A stretch of 64,000 nt of DNA, taken from assembly GCA_035636095.1 (NCBI GenBank), contig DASPZU010000118.1:1316-65315 (forward strand). The letters are read 5' to 3'. The notes under the pieces are model-generated. The model searched no databases and was not told the DNA's origin. It was given only the letters and a program-made list of their open reading frames with translations. The position numbers and the translations under genes are program-made. Below, in pieces: positions 1-7,920 of this stretch (positions within the stretch are counted from its first letter, which is position 1; each line of letters starts with the position of its first letter). The stretch comes from Thermoanaerobaculia bacterium (lineage in GTDB: Bacteria > Acidobacteriota > Thermoanaerobaculia > Gp7-AA8).

Positions 1-1
1 G

Positions 2-793
2 CGCATTCTGCTGCAGCCGAAGGATCCCAACGACGAGAAGAACGTCTTCGTCGAGATTCGTGCCGGCACCGGCGGCGACGAAGCCTCACTCTTTGCGGCC
101 GAGATCATGCGCATGTACATCCGCTACGCCGAACGGAAGCGTTGGAAAGTCGACATGATCGACGCCAACTACTCGTCGGTAAACGGCGTGAAGGACGCCA
201 CGCTGCAGATTCAGGGAGACCGCGTCTACTCCCGATTGAAATTCGAATCGGGCGTCCATCGCGTACAGCGGGTTCCGCAAACCGAGACGCAGGGCCGCAT
301 CCACACCTCCGCCATCAGCGTGGTGGTCCTACCGGAAGCCGAAGACATCGACATCCAGGTCGCGGAAAAAGACATTCGGATCGATACGTTCTGCTCATCG
401 GGCCCCGGCGGTCAGTCGGTGAATACGACGTACTCCGCGGTCCGGATCACGCACTTGCCGACCGGACTCATCGTCTCGTGCCAGGATGAAAAGTCGCAGA
501 TCAAGAATCGGCACAAGGCGCTCAAAGTCCTCAAAGCGCGTCTGTACGAGATCGAGCGGCAGAAGCGCGAAGCCGAGCTGTCGGCAACGCGAAAAGGAAT
601 GATCGGCAGCGGCGACCGCTCCGAAAAAATCCGCACCTACAACTTCCCGCAGGACCGCGTGACTGATCATCGCATCGGGCTCACGGTTCACAATCTGCCC
701 GCAGTCATGGACGGCAGCCTCGATGGCATCATCGAGCCGGCCATCGCGCACTTCCAGGCTGAGAAGCTTCGCGAGGCCGTCGAGGCGAAATGA
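2..793 (+). CDS. prfA: peptide chain release factor 1 (5' end outside window)
   Basis: Read-through from position 2 gives ...[22 protein letters not shown]... The ORF has the GGQ motif ([10 protein letters not shown]) and a PQT tripeptide (RF1-type PxT, not the SPF of RF2). Confidence 0.9.
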   Translation, partial: RILLQPKDPNDEKNVFVEIRAGTGGDEASLFAAEIMRMYIRYAERKRWKVDMIDANYSSVNGVKDATLQIQGDRVYSRLKFESGVHRVQRVPQTETQGRIHTSAISVVVLPEAEDIDIQVAEKDIRIDTFCSSGPGGQSVNTTYSAVRITHLPTGLIVSCQDEKSQIKNRHKALKVLKARLYEIERQKREAELSATRKGMIGSGDRSEKIRTYNFPQDRVTDHRIGLTVHNLPAVMDGSLDGIIEPAIAHFQAEKLREAVEAK

Positions 794-840
794 CGCGCGG
801 AGACGCGTCATCCTGAGCCGCGGAGAGGGCGAAGGATCTC
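791..840. repeat. REP-like half element (TGACGCG-CGGAGA-CGCGTCA palindrome + GTCATCCTGAGCCGCGG...GAAGGATCTC)
   Basis: Shares the GTCATCCTGAGC and GAAGGATCTC cores with the copies at 9977, 45849 and 47958. AAGGAT lies 7 nt before the ATG at 845 and could serve as its ribosome-binding site. Confidence 0.6.
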
Positions 841-844
841 AAGA

Positions 845-1486
845 ATGAAGCGAAGAGCCGACGCCATCCTCAAACGCGCGCAAGCCGAATATCTCGAACG
901 ACTCACTCCTCCACGCGATCCGCTGCTCGCGCGCATGGAGGCTTTCGCAGCCCAGCACAGACATCCCATCGCTGACCCGGAAGTCGGTCAGCTTCTCCGT
1001 ATCCTCGTCCGGACCAGGAAGCCGCGCCGGATCCTCGAAGTCGGAACCAACATCGGCTATTCGGTCATCGTGATAGGGCGGGAGTGCGGGCGGGATGCGG
1101 TGGTGGAGACAATCGAGATCGACCCCGGCATTCTGGCGGCCGCCAGGGCATTTGTGTCGGAGGCCAGGCTGCCCTGCCAGGTGCGGTTCCATCAAGGCGC
1201 AGCGCTGGAAGTCATTCCGGGCCTGGTCGGCCCCTTCGATTTCATCTTCATCGATTGCGTGAAGACCGAGTACGCACAATATCTCGATGAACTCCTGCCC
1301 AAGCTCGAGCGCGGCGCTGTGATCGTCTGCGACAATCTGCTATGGGGCGGCGAAGTCGCTGGTGGCAGAGGCGACGCGAACACGATCGCGCTGCGCAAGT
1401 TCAACCGGCGCCTTGCCACCGATCCCGCCCTGACCACAATTGTTTTGCCGCTGGGGGATGGGACCGGGATTTCGATCGTGAATTAA
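845..1486 (+). CDS. class I SAM-dependent O-methyltransferase (family 3, caffeoyl-CoA OMT-like)
   Basis: 213 aa. Has the ILEVGT.IGYS SAM-binding motif and is similar overall to O-methyltransferase family 3. Confidence 0.8.
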   Translation: MKRRADAILKRAQAEYLERLTPPRDPLLARMEAFAAQHRHPIADPEVGQLLRILVRTRKPRRILEVGTNIGYSVIVIGRECGRDAVVETIEIDPGILAAARAFVSEARLPCQVRFHQGAALEVIPGLVGPFDFIFIDCVKTEYAQYLDELLPKLERGAVIVCDNLLWGGEVAGGRGDANTIALRKFNRRLATDPALTTIVLPLGDGTGISIVN

Positions 1487-1568
1487 GAATTTCAAATTTC
1501 AAATGAAAAATTGAAAATCAAACCTGATTTTTCATTTTCAATTTGCAATTTGAAATTCTTAATTTCGG
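1481..1568. repeat. AT-rich imperfect palindrome (AATTAAGAATTTCAAATTTCAAATGAAAAATTGAAAATCA / mirror arm)
   Basis: An ~88-bp AT-rich inverted repeat in a GC-rich genome. Related copies occur at 6911-7018, 51511-51528 and 52946-53033. Confidence 0.7.
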
Positions 1569-1580
1569 TGTAAAAACAAA

Positions 1581-1604
1581 AACGCCGCCGTTGCCGGCGG
1601 CGTT
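1581..1604. terminator. bidirectional rho-independent terminator hairpin (AACGCCGCCG-TTGC-CGGCGGCGTT)
   Basis: Perfect 10-bp GC stem with A/T-rich flanks, sitting between convergent genes. Confidence 0.7.
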
Positions 1605-1626
1605 CACATTCAGAAAGCTCGACCGT

Positions 1627-2742
1627 TTACTTCGAGGATGTTCCTGAGGCCACCATCTTCTTCACGGTACCCTTCACCGGAAGCGTGACGACCGGATTGA
1701 TCTTATCGCTGGTGTAGATCTTCACGGTGCCGTCGATGTCGCCCGGCTTGGCGTCTTTTGCCACCTGTAACGTGACTTCGTAGTCGCCCTTCTGCGCCAG
1801 CGGCTTGAAGGCTGTCGTGATCGCCGGAACGGTCGATTCGACCTTCGTGACCACGAACTGCTCCGGAGTCTTCAGATCATTCGAGTGCAGCAGCACCGAG
1901 CGTGTCGCGGCTGCCTCGCTCGGGGCGACTTCGCCGAAGTTCAGCATCGTCGGCTCCACGCGATAAGTGGGACGAATCACGCCTGTGACGCTGATCGGAT
2001 ATTCGGGCTGGTGCTTCGAGTTGGTCATGATGCGAACTTTGTCAGCCATCGGACCGATCTTGGCTTCCGCGCCGCCGACGGTGATGTCGACCTTGTACTG
2101 ATCCTGGCCCTTCCTGCCGATATTCGCGTTGCGCTCGGTCTCCTCGAGCTTCTTGTAGGTGACCTTAACCCAATCGCCGGGGACCTGCACATCGGTGATC
2201 TCGAACGGTCCCTCCTCCTCAGAGTAGAGAGTGACGCTCTGGGTGGCCACATCGCCTTGCAACTGATTGAAGCGCACGAATCCGGCTGGGAAAGCGTCGA
2301 CATATGGCTTCACGATCGCGTGGATGGTGAGAGTCGATGTCGGCGATCCCGGATCGTTCGTTTCCAGCGTGACCGTCTTGGCGATCGGTCCGTTGAAGTT
2401 GGTTGTGTCGACGTGGGCGGTGACCTTTCCCGTTTCGCCCGGCTTGATCACTTTGTCGAAGTCGGCAACCGTGCATCCGCAGCCCGGCTTGGCGGCCAGG
2501 ATCTGCAGATCGGCGTTGCCGGTGTTCTTGACCACAAATGACCACTCCAGCTTGTCGCCCTTCGGCACTTCGCCGTATTCCTTCACCGGCTCGACGAGCG
2601 TGAGACGCGGGGCCTTCTCCTCAGCGGGTGTGGCAGACTTGGTGGCGTCGGCTTTCGTCGTCTTGGTCTGCGCGGCGGCGATCGACGCCATGAGCGCGAC
2701 CAGGAACGCCATCGTGACGCTGATGATTCGCTTCGATGACAT
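1627..2742 (-). CDS. DUF1573 domain-containing secreted protein
   Basis: Signal peptide MSSKRIISVTMAFLVALMASIAAAQ. Contains the PGCGC motif typical of DUF1573. AGGAGG sits 9 nt upstream of the ATG at 2742, so this is a likelier start than 2751. Confidence 0.7.
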   Translation of the reverse strand: MSSKRIISVTMAFLVALMASIAAAQTKTTKADATKSATPAEEKAPRLTLVEPVKEYGEVPKGDKLEWSFVVKNTGNADLQILAAKPGCGCTVADFDKVIKPGETGKVTAHVDTTNFNGPIAKTVTLETNDPGSPTSTLTIHAIVKPYVDAFPAGFVRFNQLQGDVATQSVTLYSEEEGPFEITDVQVPGDWVKVTYKKLEETERNANIGRKGQDQYKVDITVGGAEAKIGPMADKVRIMTNSKHQPEYPISVTGVIRPTYRVEPTMLNFGEVAPSEAAATRSVLLHSNDLKTPEQFVVTKVESTVPAITTAFKPLAQKGDYEVTLQVAKDAKPGDIDGTVKIYTSDKINPVVTLPVKGTVKKMVASGTSSK

Positions 2743-2819
2743 GCGGAACATCCTCCTGTGTTTGAGCGCGATTATGTGTTTGAGCGCGATTAAGTGATGG
2801 TGAAACGTAGGTTCGAACG

Positions 2820-4256
2820 ATGCCTCACGTCAAACAAATTCCTAAGATCAACCGTGTCTACCTGATCGGAATCGGCGGGACCGCCATGGCCTCACTGGCC
2901 GGCATGCTGCAGCAGCGCGGTTACGAGGTCGGCGGGTCCGACGAGCACGTGTATCCCCCCATGTCCACGTACCTGGAAAGCCTGCGCATCCCCGTGCTCG
3001 AGGGGTATACGCGCGAGCATGTGGAGACGTTTCGGCCCGAGCTGGTCGTGATCGGCAATGTTGCATCTCGAAACAATCCGGAAGCCGAGGCCACTCTGGC
3101 GATGGACCTGCCCTACACCTCGATGCCCGAGGCCATCTACGAGCTGTTCATCAAGGGGAAACATTCGATCGTCGTCAGCGGGACACACGGCAAGACCACC
3201 ACCACCTCGCTGATGGCGTGGGTCCTGGAGGCCGCCGGCCGCGATCCGAGCATGGTGGTGGGAGGCCTCCCTCTCAATTTCAATCACAACTTCAAGCTGG
3301 GGAAGGGCTCCGATTTCGTCATCGAGGGCGACGAATACAACACCGCCTTCTTCGACAAAGGTCCTAAATTTTTGCACTATAAATCGAATATATTAATCGT
3401 TAATAATATCGAATTCGATCACGCCGACATCTACCCCGACCTGGCCGCCATCATCGATGCCTTTCGCAACGCCGTGCAGCGCGTTGCGGCGAACGACACG
3501 ATCGTCGCAAACGGCGACGACGCGAACGTCATGGGCTTGCGCAAGGATGCCCGCGCGCGATGGGTCACATTCGGGTCGGGCGACGTGGTCGCGAAGGATG
3601 TGGAATTTGCTCCCGAGAGCACCTCCTTCACGGCGTGGTGGGAAGGAAAAGAGTGGTTTCGATTTCGAACCACGCTTTCCGGCCGTCATAACGTCCTCAA
3701 TGCGCTGGCCGTGATTGCCACCGCGCGGCTTGGCGGTCTTTCGGCGGAAGAGATTCAGAAAGGGCTCCAGACGTTCCAGGGAATCAAGCGGCGGATGGAA
3801 GTCCGCGGCGTGGAACGCGGTGTCACCGTCATCGACGACTTCGCCCATCATCCCACCGCCATCGCGACCACCCTCAACGGCGCGCGACGTCGTTATCCCG
3901 GCCGCCGTTTATGGGCCCTCTTCGAGCCGCGATCGATCTCCTCGAGCCGGAAGGAATTCGAGAGCGGCTACATCGAGGCCTTCCACGAAGCGGACCGCGT
4001 GATCATCGGCCCGATTTTTCATCGCGATCGTTACGTCTCGCGCTACGGCCTCGACAAGATGATGTCAGTACCGGAGATCGTCACGCGCCTGAACGCCGAC
4101 GGCATTCCGACCAGCCAGTTGGACGACTTCGATGCCATCGCGGAGAACGTTGCACGCGAGGCCTCCGAAAATGACGTGGTGGTGGTGATGTCGTCGGGAG
4201 CGTTCGGCGGCGTGCACGAAAAGATTCTGCAGCGACTGGCCAGTCCGCTACACTAG
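2820..4256 (+). CDS. mpl: UDP-N-acetylmuramate:L-alanyl-gamma-D-glutamyl-meso-diaminopimelate ligase
   Basis: 478 aa. Contains IGIGGTAM, VYPPMST, GTHGKTTTTS and NNIEFDHADI, motifs that match Mpl (MurC paralog). Confidence 0.85.
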   Translation: MPHVKQIPKINRVYLIGIGGTAMASLAGMLQQRGYEVGGSDEHVYPPMSTYLESLRIPVLEGYTREHVETFRPELVVIGNVASRNNPEAEATLAMDLPYTSMPEAIYELFIKGKHSIVVSGTHGKTTTTSLMAWVLEAAGRDPSMVVGGLPLNFNHNFKLGKGSDFVIEGDEYNTAFFDKGPKFLHYKSNILIVNNIEFDHADIYPDLAAIIDAFRNAVQRVAANDTIVANGDDANVMGLRKDARARWVTFGSGDVVAKDVEFAPESTSFTAWWEGKEWFRFRTTLSGRHNVLNALAVIATARLGGLSAEEIQKGLQTFQGIKRRMEVRGVERGVTVIDDFAHHPTAIATTLNGARRRYPGRRLWALFEPRSISSSRKEFESGYIEAFHEADRVIIGPIFHRDRYVSRYGLDKMMSVPEIVTRLNADGIPTSQLDDFDAIAENVAREASENDVVVVMSSGAFGGVHEKILQRLASPLH

Positions 4257-4269
4257 AATACGCCGCTCC

Positions 4270-6342
4270 ATGGGCTTCGCCGATGATGCGAATGCGCTGA
4301 TCCAAGACAAAAAATTCGACGAACTCGAATCGCTGTGGATGAGTCAACTGGATAGCGATCCCAGCGACGTCGAGGCTTTCGTGCGAACGGCCAAAGCGCT
4401 TCGCAAATCCGAACAACGCACCCAATCCGACACGCTCCTGGGACTGCTCGCCGAAATGCTGCTGGAGCGCAAGATGTGGTCCGAGCGTCTGCAAGCCCTC
4501 AAAGAGATCGGACGGCTCTCGAAGCATCCGGCGCAGTTGCGCCCGCAGATCGAGGAGGCGTTGCGTAACGCCTACGGTTCTCGAAAGAGCTTTCAGCGTG
4601 CCTTCGAGTTCGTCGGTTTCAGCGAGCCGACAAGCAATCCGGTCGAGCGCGCAGAAAAGATCGAGAGCTGGCTGCAGTACGACGAGGGGGAGCTCTATTT
4701 CATGGCCGGGCGCGGGGCGGGCGTGGTGGTGGAGCTCAATCCCGAGCTGGGCATCGCACGCCTCGATTTCGAAAAAGAAAAGCGGGTGTCGGTGCCGCTG
4801 GGGGCAGCGGGGAAGTTTCTCGTGCCGCTCACCAGCGGCCACGTCCTGCGCGAAAAATTCAAGGATGCCGCCAGGATCAAAGCCGAAGCTGCGAAGTCGC
4901 CTCCGACTTTTTTCGCGCGGGTGCTGCAGAGCTTCGGACGCCCGATGACGATGGCCGAGGTGCGCGATGCCGTCATTGGAATCGTGGCGGAAGAGAAATG
5001 GAGCTCGTGGTGGACATCGGCGCGAAAGAATCCGCAGATCGTCGTCAGCGGCGCCGGCGCGAAAGCAACCTATTCCTGGAGCACGTCGACCGGCGAGGCT
5101 GACAAAACGATCCGACGCGAATTCGATCGCGCCGACCCGAAAGCCAAGCTCGATCTCGCTCGCAAACACAGCGCGCGCAGCAAGGATCTGGCGGATGCAT
5201 TCTCGAGTGCGCTCGCCAACGAAGCTGTGCGGCTCTCCAAGAGTGACCCCGCCATGGCGTGGCAGATCCTGACCACGCTGGAATCGCTGCCGGGCACCTA
5301 CACGCCGCCATTCGATCCAGCCTCGCTGCTGAGCGGAGCATTGGCCTCGCGGACTGTGGCAGCCATCAACGACAAGGCGCTTCGCGAGCGCGCGCTGACG
5401 ACCGTCCGAAATGCGCACCCCGATTGGCCCAAGGTCTTCGGCGAGATTTTCTTTCTCGATGAGGAGCCGCGCATCCTCTCATTGGTCATGTCGACTCTGG
5501 AGAAAGATGGACAGAGCGACATTCGCGACCGGCTGATCGACGAGACTTTGCGCTACCCTCGCCGTCATCCGCGTGCGTTCTACTGGTACGCCAAGCAGCT
5601 CGACGAACAGGATCCCCTTCCCGATCGTGCGAATTACGGCCTCCTTTTTCAAATCCTCGACGCCGTCGCCTCCGACGAATTCGCGCCGGTGCGCGCGCGC
5701 CTGAAGGATTTTTTCGACAAGGGCGGCTTCGTCACGCGCATCATCATGAAAGTCGAAAACGAAGAGCAGGCCCGGAAGCTGGCGGAGAGCCTCGACCGGT
5801 ACGGCGCCATCGAGGAGTATCGGCGCGAGGACGTCAAGCACGCACTGCTCATGAAATATCCGTCGCTGCGCGAGCCGCAGGTCGAGCCGATCTACGCCAC
5901 CGCCGATTCGCTGGCCAAGAAACGGGCAGAGCTCGAGCACTTGCTCAAAGTCGAGATCCCCGCCAACAAGAAAGCGATCCAGGTGGCGCGCGAGATGGGC
6001 GATCTCAGCGAGAATTTCGAGTACAAGTCGGCGCGGCAGCGCGATGAATATCTCTCGGCGCGAGTGGGCAAGCTGCAGACCGAGCTCGCCAACGTCCGTG
6101 TGATCGACCCCGCCGCCGTCGATGTCGGCGCAGTGCGCGTCGGAACAAAAGTGGCGCTCTCCAACGGCGATGTCCGCCGCGAAGTCACCATCCTCGGTCC
6201 GTGGGAATCGGCGCCCGAACATGGGATCTATTCGAATCAATCGGACGTCGCCAAAGCCTTGATCGGACGCGCCGCCGGCGAGATCGTCACCTTCATGGGA
6301 AACGACTATGAAATCGAGTCGATCCGGCGCTGGAATGAGTAG
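4270..6342 (+). CDS. large protein with a complete C-terminal GreA/GreB transcript-cleavage-factor domain
   Basis: 690 aa. The last ~160 aa (GDLSENFEYKSARQRD ... FKBP-like C-domain) match GreA/GreB. The N-terminal ~530 aa are helical and TPR-like with no recognised family. Confidence 0.6.
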   Translation: MGFADDANALIQDKKFDELESLWMSQLDSDPSDVEAFVRTAKALRKSEQRTQSDTLLGLLAEMLLERKMWSERLQALKEIGRLSKHPAQLRPQIEEALRNAYGSRKSFQRAFEFVGFSEPTSNPVERAEKIESWLQYDEGELYFMAGRGAGVVVELNPELGIARLDFEKEKRVSVPLGAAGKFLVPLTSGHVLREKFKDAARIKAEAAKSPPTFFARVLQSFGRPMTMAEVRDAVIGIVAEEKWSSWWTSARKNPQIVVSGAGAKATYSWSTSTGEADKTIRREFDRADPKAKLDLARKHSARSKDLADAFSSALANEAVRLSKSDPAMAWQILTTLESLPGTYTPPFDPASLLSGALASRTVAAINDKALRERALTTVRNAHPDWPKVFGEIFFLDEEPRILSLVMSTLEKDGQSDIRDRLIDETLRYPRRHPRAFYWYAKQLDEQDPLPDRANYGLLFQILDAVASDEFAPVRARLKDFFDKGGFVTRIIMKVENEEQARKLAESLDRYGAIEEYRREDVKHALLMKYPSLREPQVEPIYATADSLAKKRAELEHLLKVEIPANKKAIQVAREMGDLSENFEYKSARQRDEYLSARVGKLQTELANVRVIDPAAVDVGAVRVGTKVALSNGDVRREVTILGPWESAPEHGIYSNQSDVAKALIGRAAGEIVTFMGNDYEIESIRRWNE

Positions 6343-6376
6343 TTCGATCAGGTAGTTCGATTACAATGACCCGGCC

Positions 6377-6643
6377 ATGACCTACATCATCGCTGAGCCT
6401 TGCATCGGCACGAAAGACACGGCCTGTGTCGATGTTTGTCCGGTGGATTGCATCCATCCGCGAAAAGATGAAGCCGGTTTTGCCGAAGCCACCATGCTCT
6501 ACATCGACCCGGAAGTGTGTATTGACTGCGGCGCTTGCGAACCGGCCTGTCCTGTGCAAGCGATCTTTCCGGCCGATCTGACGCCCGAAAAATGGAAACA
6601 GTACATTCAGATCAACGCGGACTGGTACAAAAGTCGAAGTTGA
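6377..6643 (+). CDS. 7Fe ferredoxin (FdxA-like, 3Fe-4S + 4Fe-4S)
   Basis: 88 aa. Has the Cys clusters CIGTKDTACVDVCP and CIDCGACEPACP. Confidence 0.85.
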   Translation: MTYIIAEPCIGTKDTACVDVCPVDCIHPRKDEAGFAEATMLYIDPEVCIDCGACEPACPVQAIFPADLTPEKWKQYIQINADWYKSRS

Positions 6644-6724
6644 TATTTGTGACTGAAGTCACTACATTAGTCAGCACAGTGCGATAGAGTCTCACATACA
6701 GAAACCGGCCGGCTTGACGGCAAC

Positions 6725-6748
6725 AAAGGGGCGTAACGCCCCTTTTTT
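6725..6748 (+). terminator. rho-independent terminator (AAAGGGGCG-TAA-CGCCCCTTTTTT)
   Basis: GC stem plus T-run downstream of the ferredoxin gene. Confidence 0.7.
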
Positions 6749-6910
6749 GTTCTTTAGAAAATTTTTCGATGGGTCGTTCGAGACCCTTCAGCTACGCGCC
6801 CACCTCGGACCCAGCCACGGGGAGCGGGCGAATGGGCGTGCCCCTGTGGACCAATTGCTGAAGCTACCTCTCTCTCTGCAACGCGAGCCGGAGGGTCTCG
6901 TAGGGTCCAT

Positions 6911-7018
6911 CGAATTAAGAAGTTCGAAGTTCGAATTAAGAATTAAGAAGACCTCGAGGGTGGATGGGGCGGTGGGGTTTCTTAATTCTTCATTCTTCCC
7001 TCGAACTTCGAACTTCTT
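6911..7018. repeat. AT-rich inverted repeat (GAATTAAGAAGTTCGAAGTTCGAATTAAGAATTAAGAAG ... mirror) with GC-rich loop
   Basis: The arms are reverse complements around ACCTCGAGGGTGGATGGGGCGGTGGGG. Shares the TTAAGAATT core with the 1481 and 52946 elements. Confidence 0.7.
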
Positions 7019-7041
7019 TTCTCCTTTAGAATGCCGCTCCC

Positions 7042-7920
7042 ATGAAGCTGGCATCCATCGGTCTCGGCGCCATGGGTTTCCCCATGGCGCGCCACCTCGC
7101 CAAACAGCACGAAGTCATGGTCTGGAACCGCACCCCCGAGAAGGCCGAGCGACACGCGCGCGAACATGGAAGTCGTCTGGCGCGCGATCTCTCCGAGTGC
7201 GGCGACGCCGACGTCATCATCACGATGCTACCCACCAGCAAAGAGGTCGACGAGATCGTCGACAAGCTGACGCCGCATCTCGGGAAGGGCACGCTTTGGA
7301 TCGATGCCACCAGCGGCGATCCGAATGTCAGCCGCGAAACCGCGAAGAGGCTTGCCGGCAAAGGGGTGGCGTTGGTCGATGCCCCGGTGACCGGCGCCAC
7401 CATCGGCGCGGAGAACGCAACACTGACAATCATGGTCGGTGGTAGCAAAGAAGACTTCGCGCGCGCCGAGCCGATACTCGAGATCGTCGGCAAGACGATC
7501 ATTCATGTGGGGCCGGTCGGCGCCGGCCACGCCATCAAAGTGCTCACGAATTCGATCATGGGCGCGACCGTCTGGATTACCTCGGAGTGTTTGCTGCTCG
7601 CGAAGCAATTCGGCATCGATCTCAAGACGGCGTTGGCGGTCACCAACGCCGGCAGCGGCCGGTCGAATGCTTCCGAAAATCTGCTGCCGATGCGTCTGGT
7701 CGAAGGCAAGTGGCCGCTGATTTTCAAGCTGGTGCATCATGACAAAGACATCCGCATTGCTGCCTCGATCGCGCATCAGCAACATGCGTCGACGCCGCTT
7801 CTGGCGTTGACGCAAAACTTGTTTACCGCAGCGCTACACCAGCTTGGCGACAAAGCTGACTACATTGAAGTCGCGAAAGTCATTGCCGAGATGAACGGCA
7901 CGACATGGGAGGCCTCGTGA
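7042..7920 (+). CDS. NAD(P)-dependent oxidoreductase, 3-hydroxyisobutyrate dehydrogenase family
   Basis: N-terminal GxGxxG Rossmann motif (IGLGAMGFPMA), similar to HIBADH/6-PGDH NAD-binding proteins. Confidence 0.85.
   Translation: MKLASIGLGAMGFPMARHLAKQHEVMVWNRTPEKAERHAREHGSRLARDLSECGDADVIITMLPTSKEVDEIVDKLTPHLGKGTLWIDATSGDPNVSRETAKRLAGKGVALVDAPVTGATIGAENATLTIMVGGSKEDFARAEPILEIVGKTIIHVGPVGAGHAIKVLTNSIMGATVWITSECLLLAKQFGIDLKTALAVTNAGSGRSNASENLLPMRLVEGKWPLIFKLVHHDKDIRIAASIAHQQHASTPLLALTQNLFTAALHQLGDKADYIEVAKVIAEMNGTTWEAS

Noticed and set aside
3361-3415. Internal sigma-70 promoter in the mpl AT-rich patch (TTGCAC ... TATAAA)
   Set aside because: The -35-like and -10-like hexamers are adjacent, not separated by 16-18 nt. 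No properly spaced pair was found, so a promoter claim is unsupported.
4081-5418. 445-aa minus-strand ORF antisense to the GreA-fusion gene (similar cases: 7860..9680, 10401..11591, 31774..33657, 48637..49194, 20679..21584, 16175..17158)
   Set aside because: These are Arg/Ala/Gly-rich low-complexity translations with no motifs. Each lies wholly inside a plus-strand gene with strong homology. They are typical GC-rich antisense artefacts.
6650-6700. Palindrome GTGACTGAAGTCAC between ferredoxin stop and its terminator
   Set aside because: It is a single 14-bp palindrome in a 3' UTR with no repeat elsewhere in the window. It is too weak to call a regulatory site.
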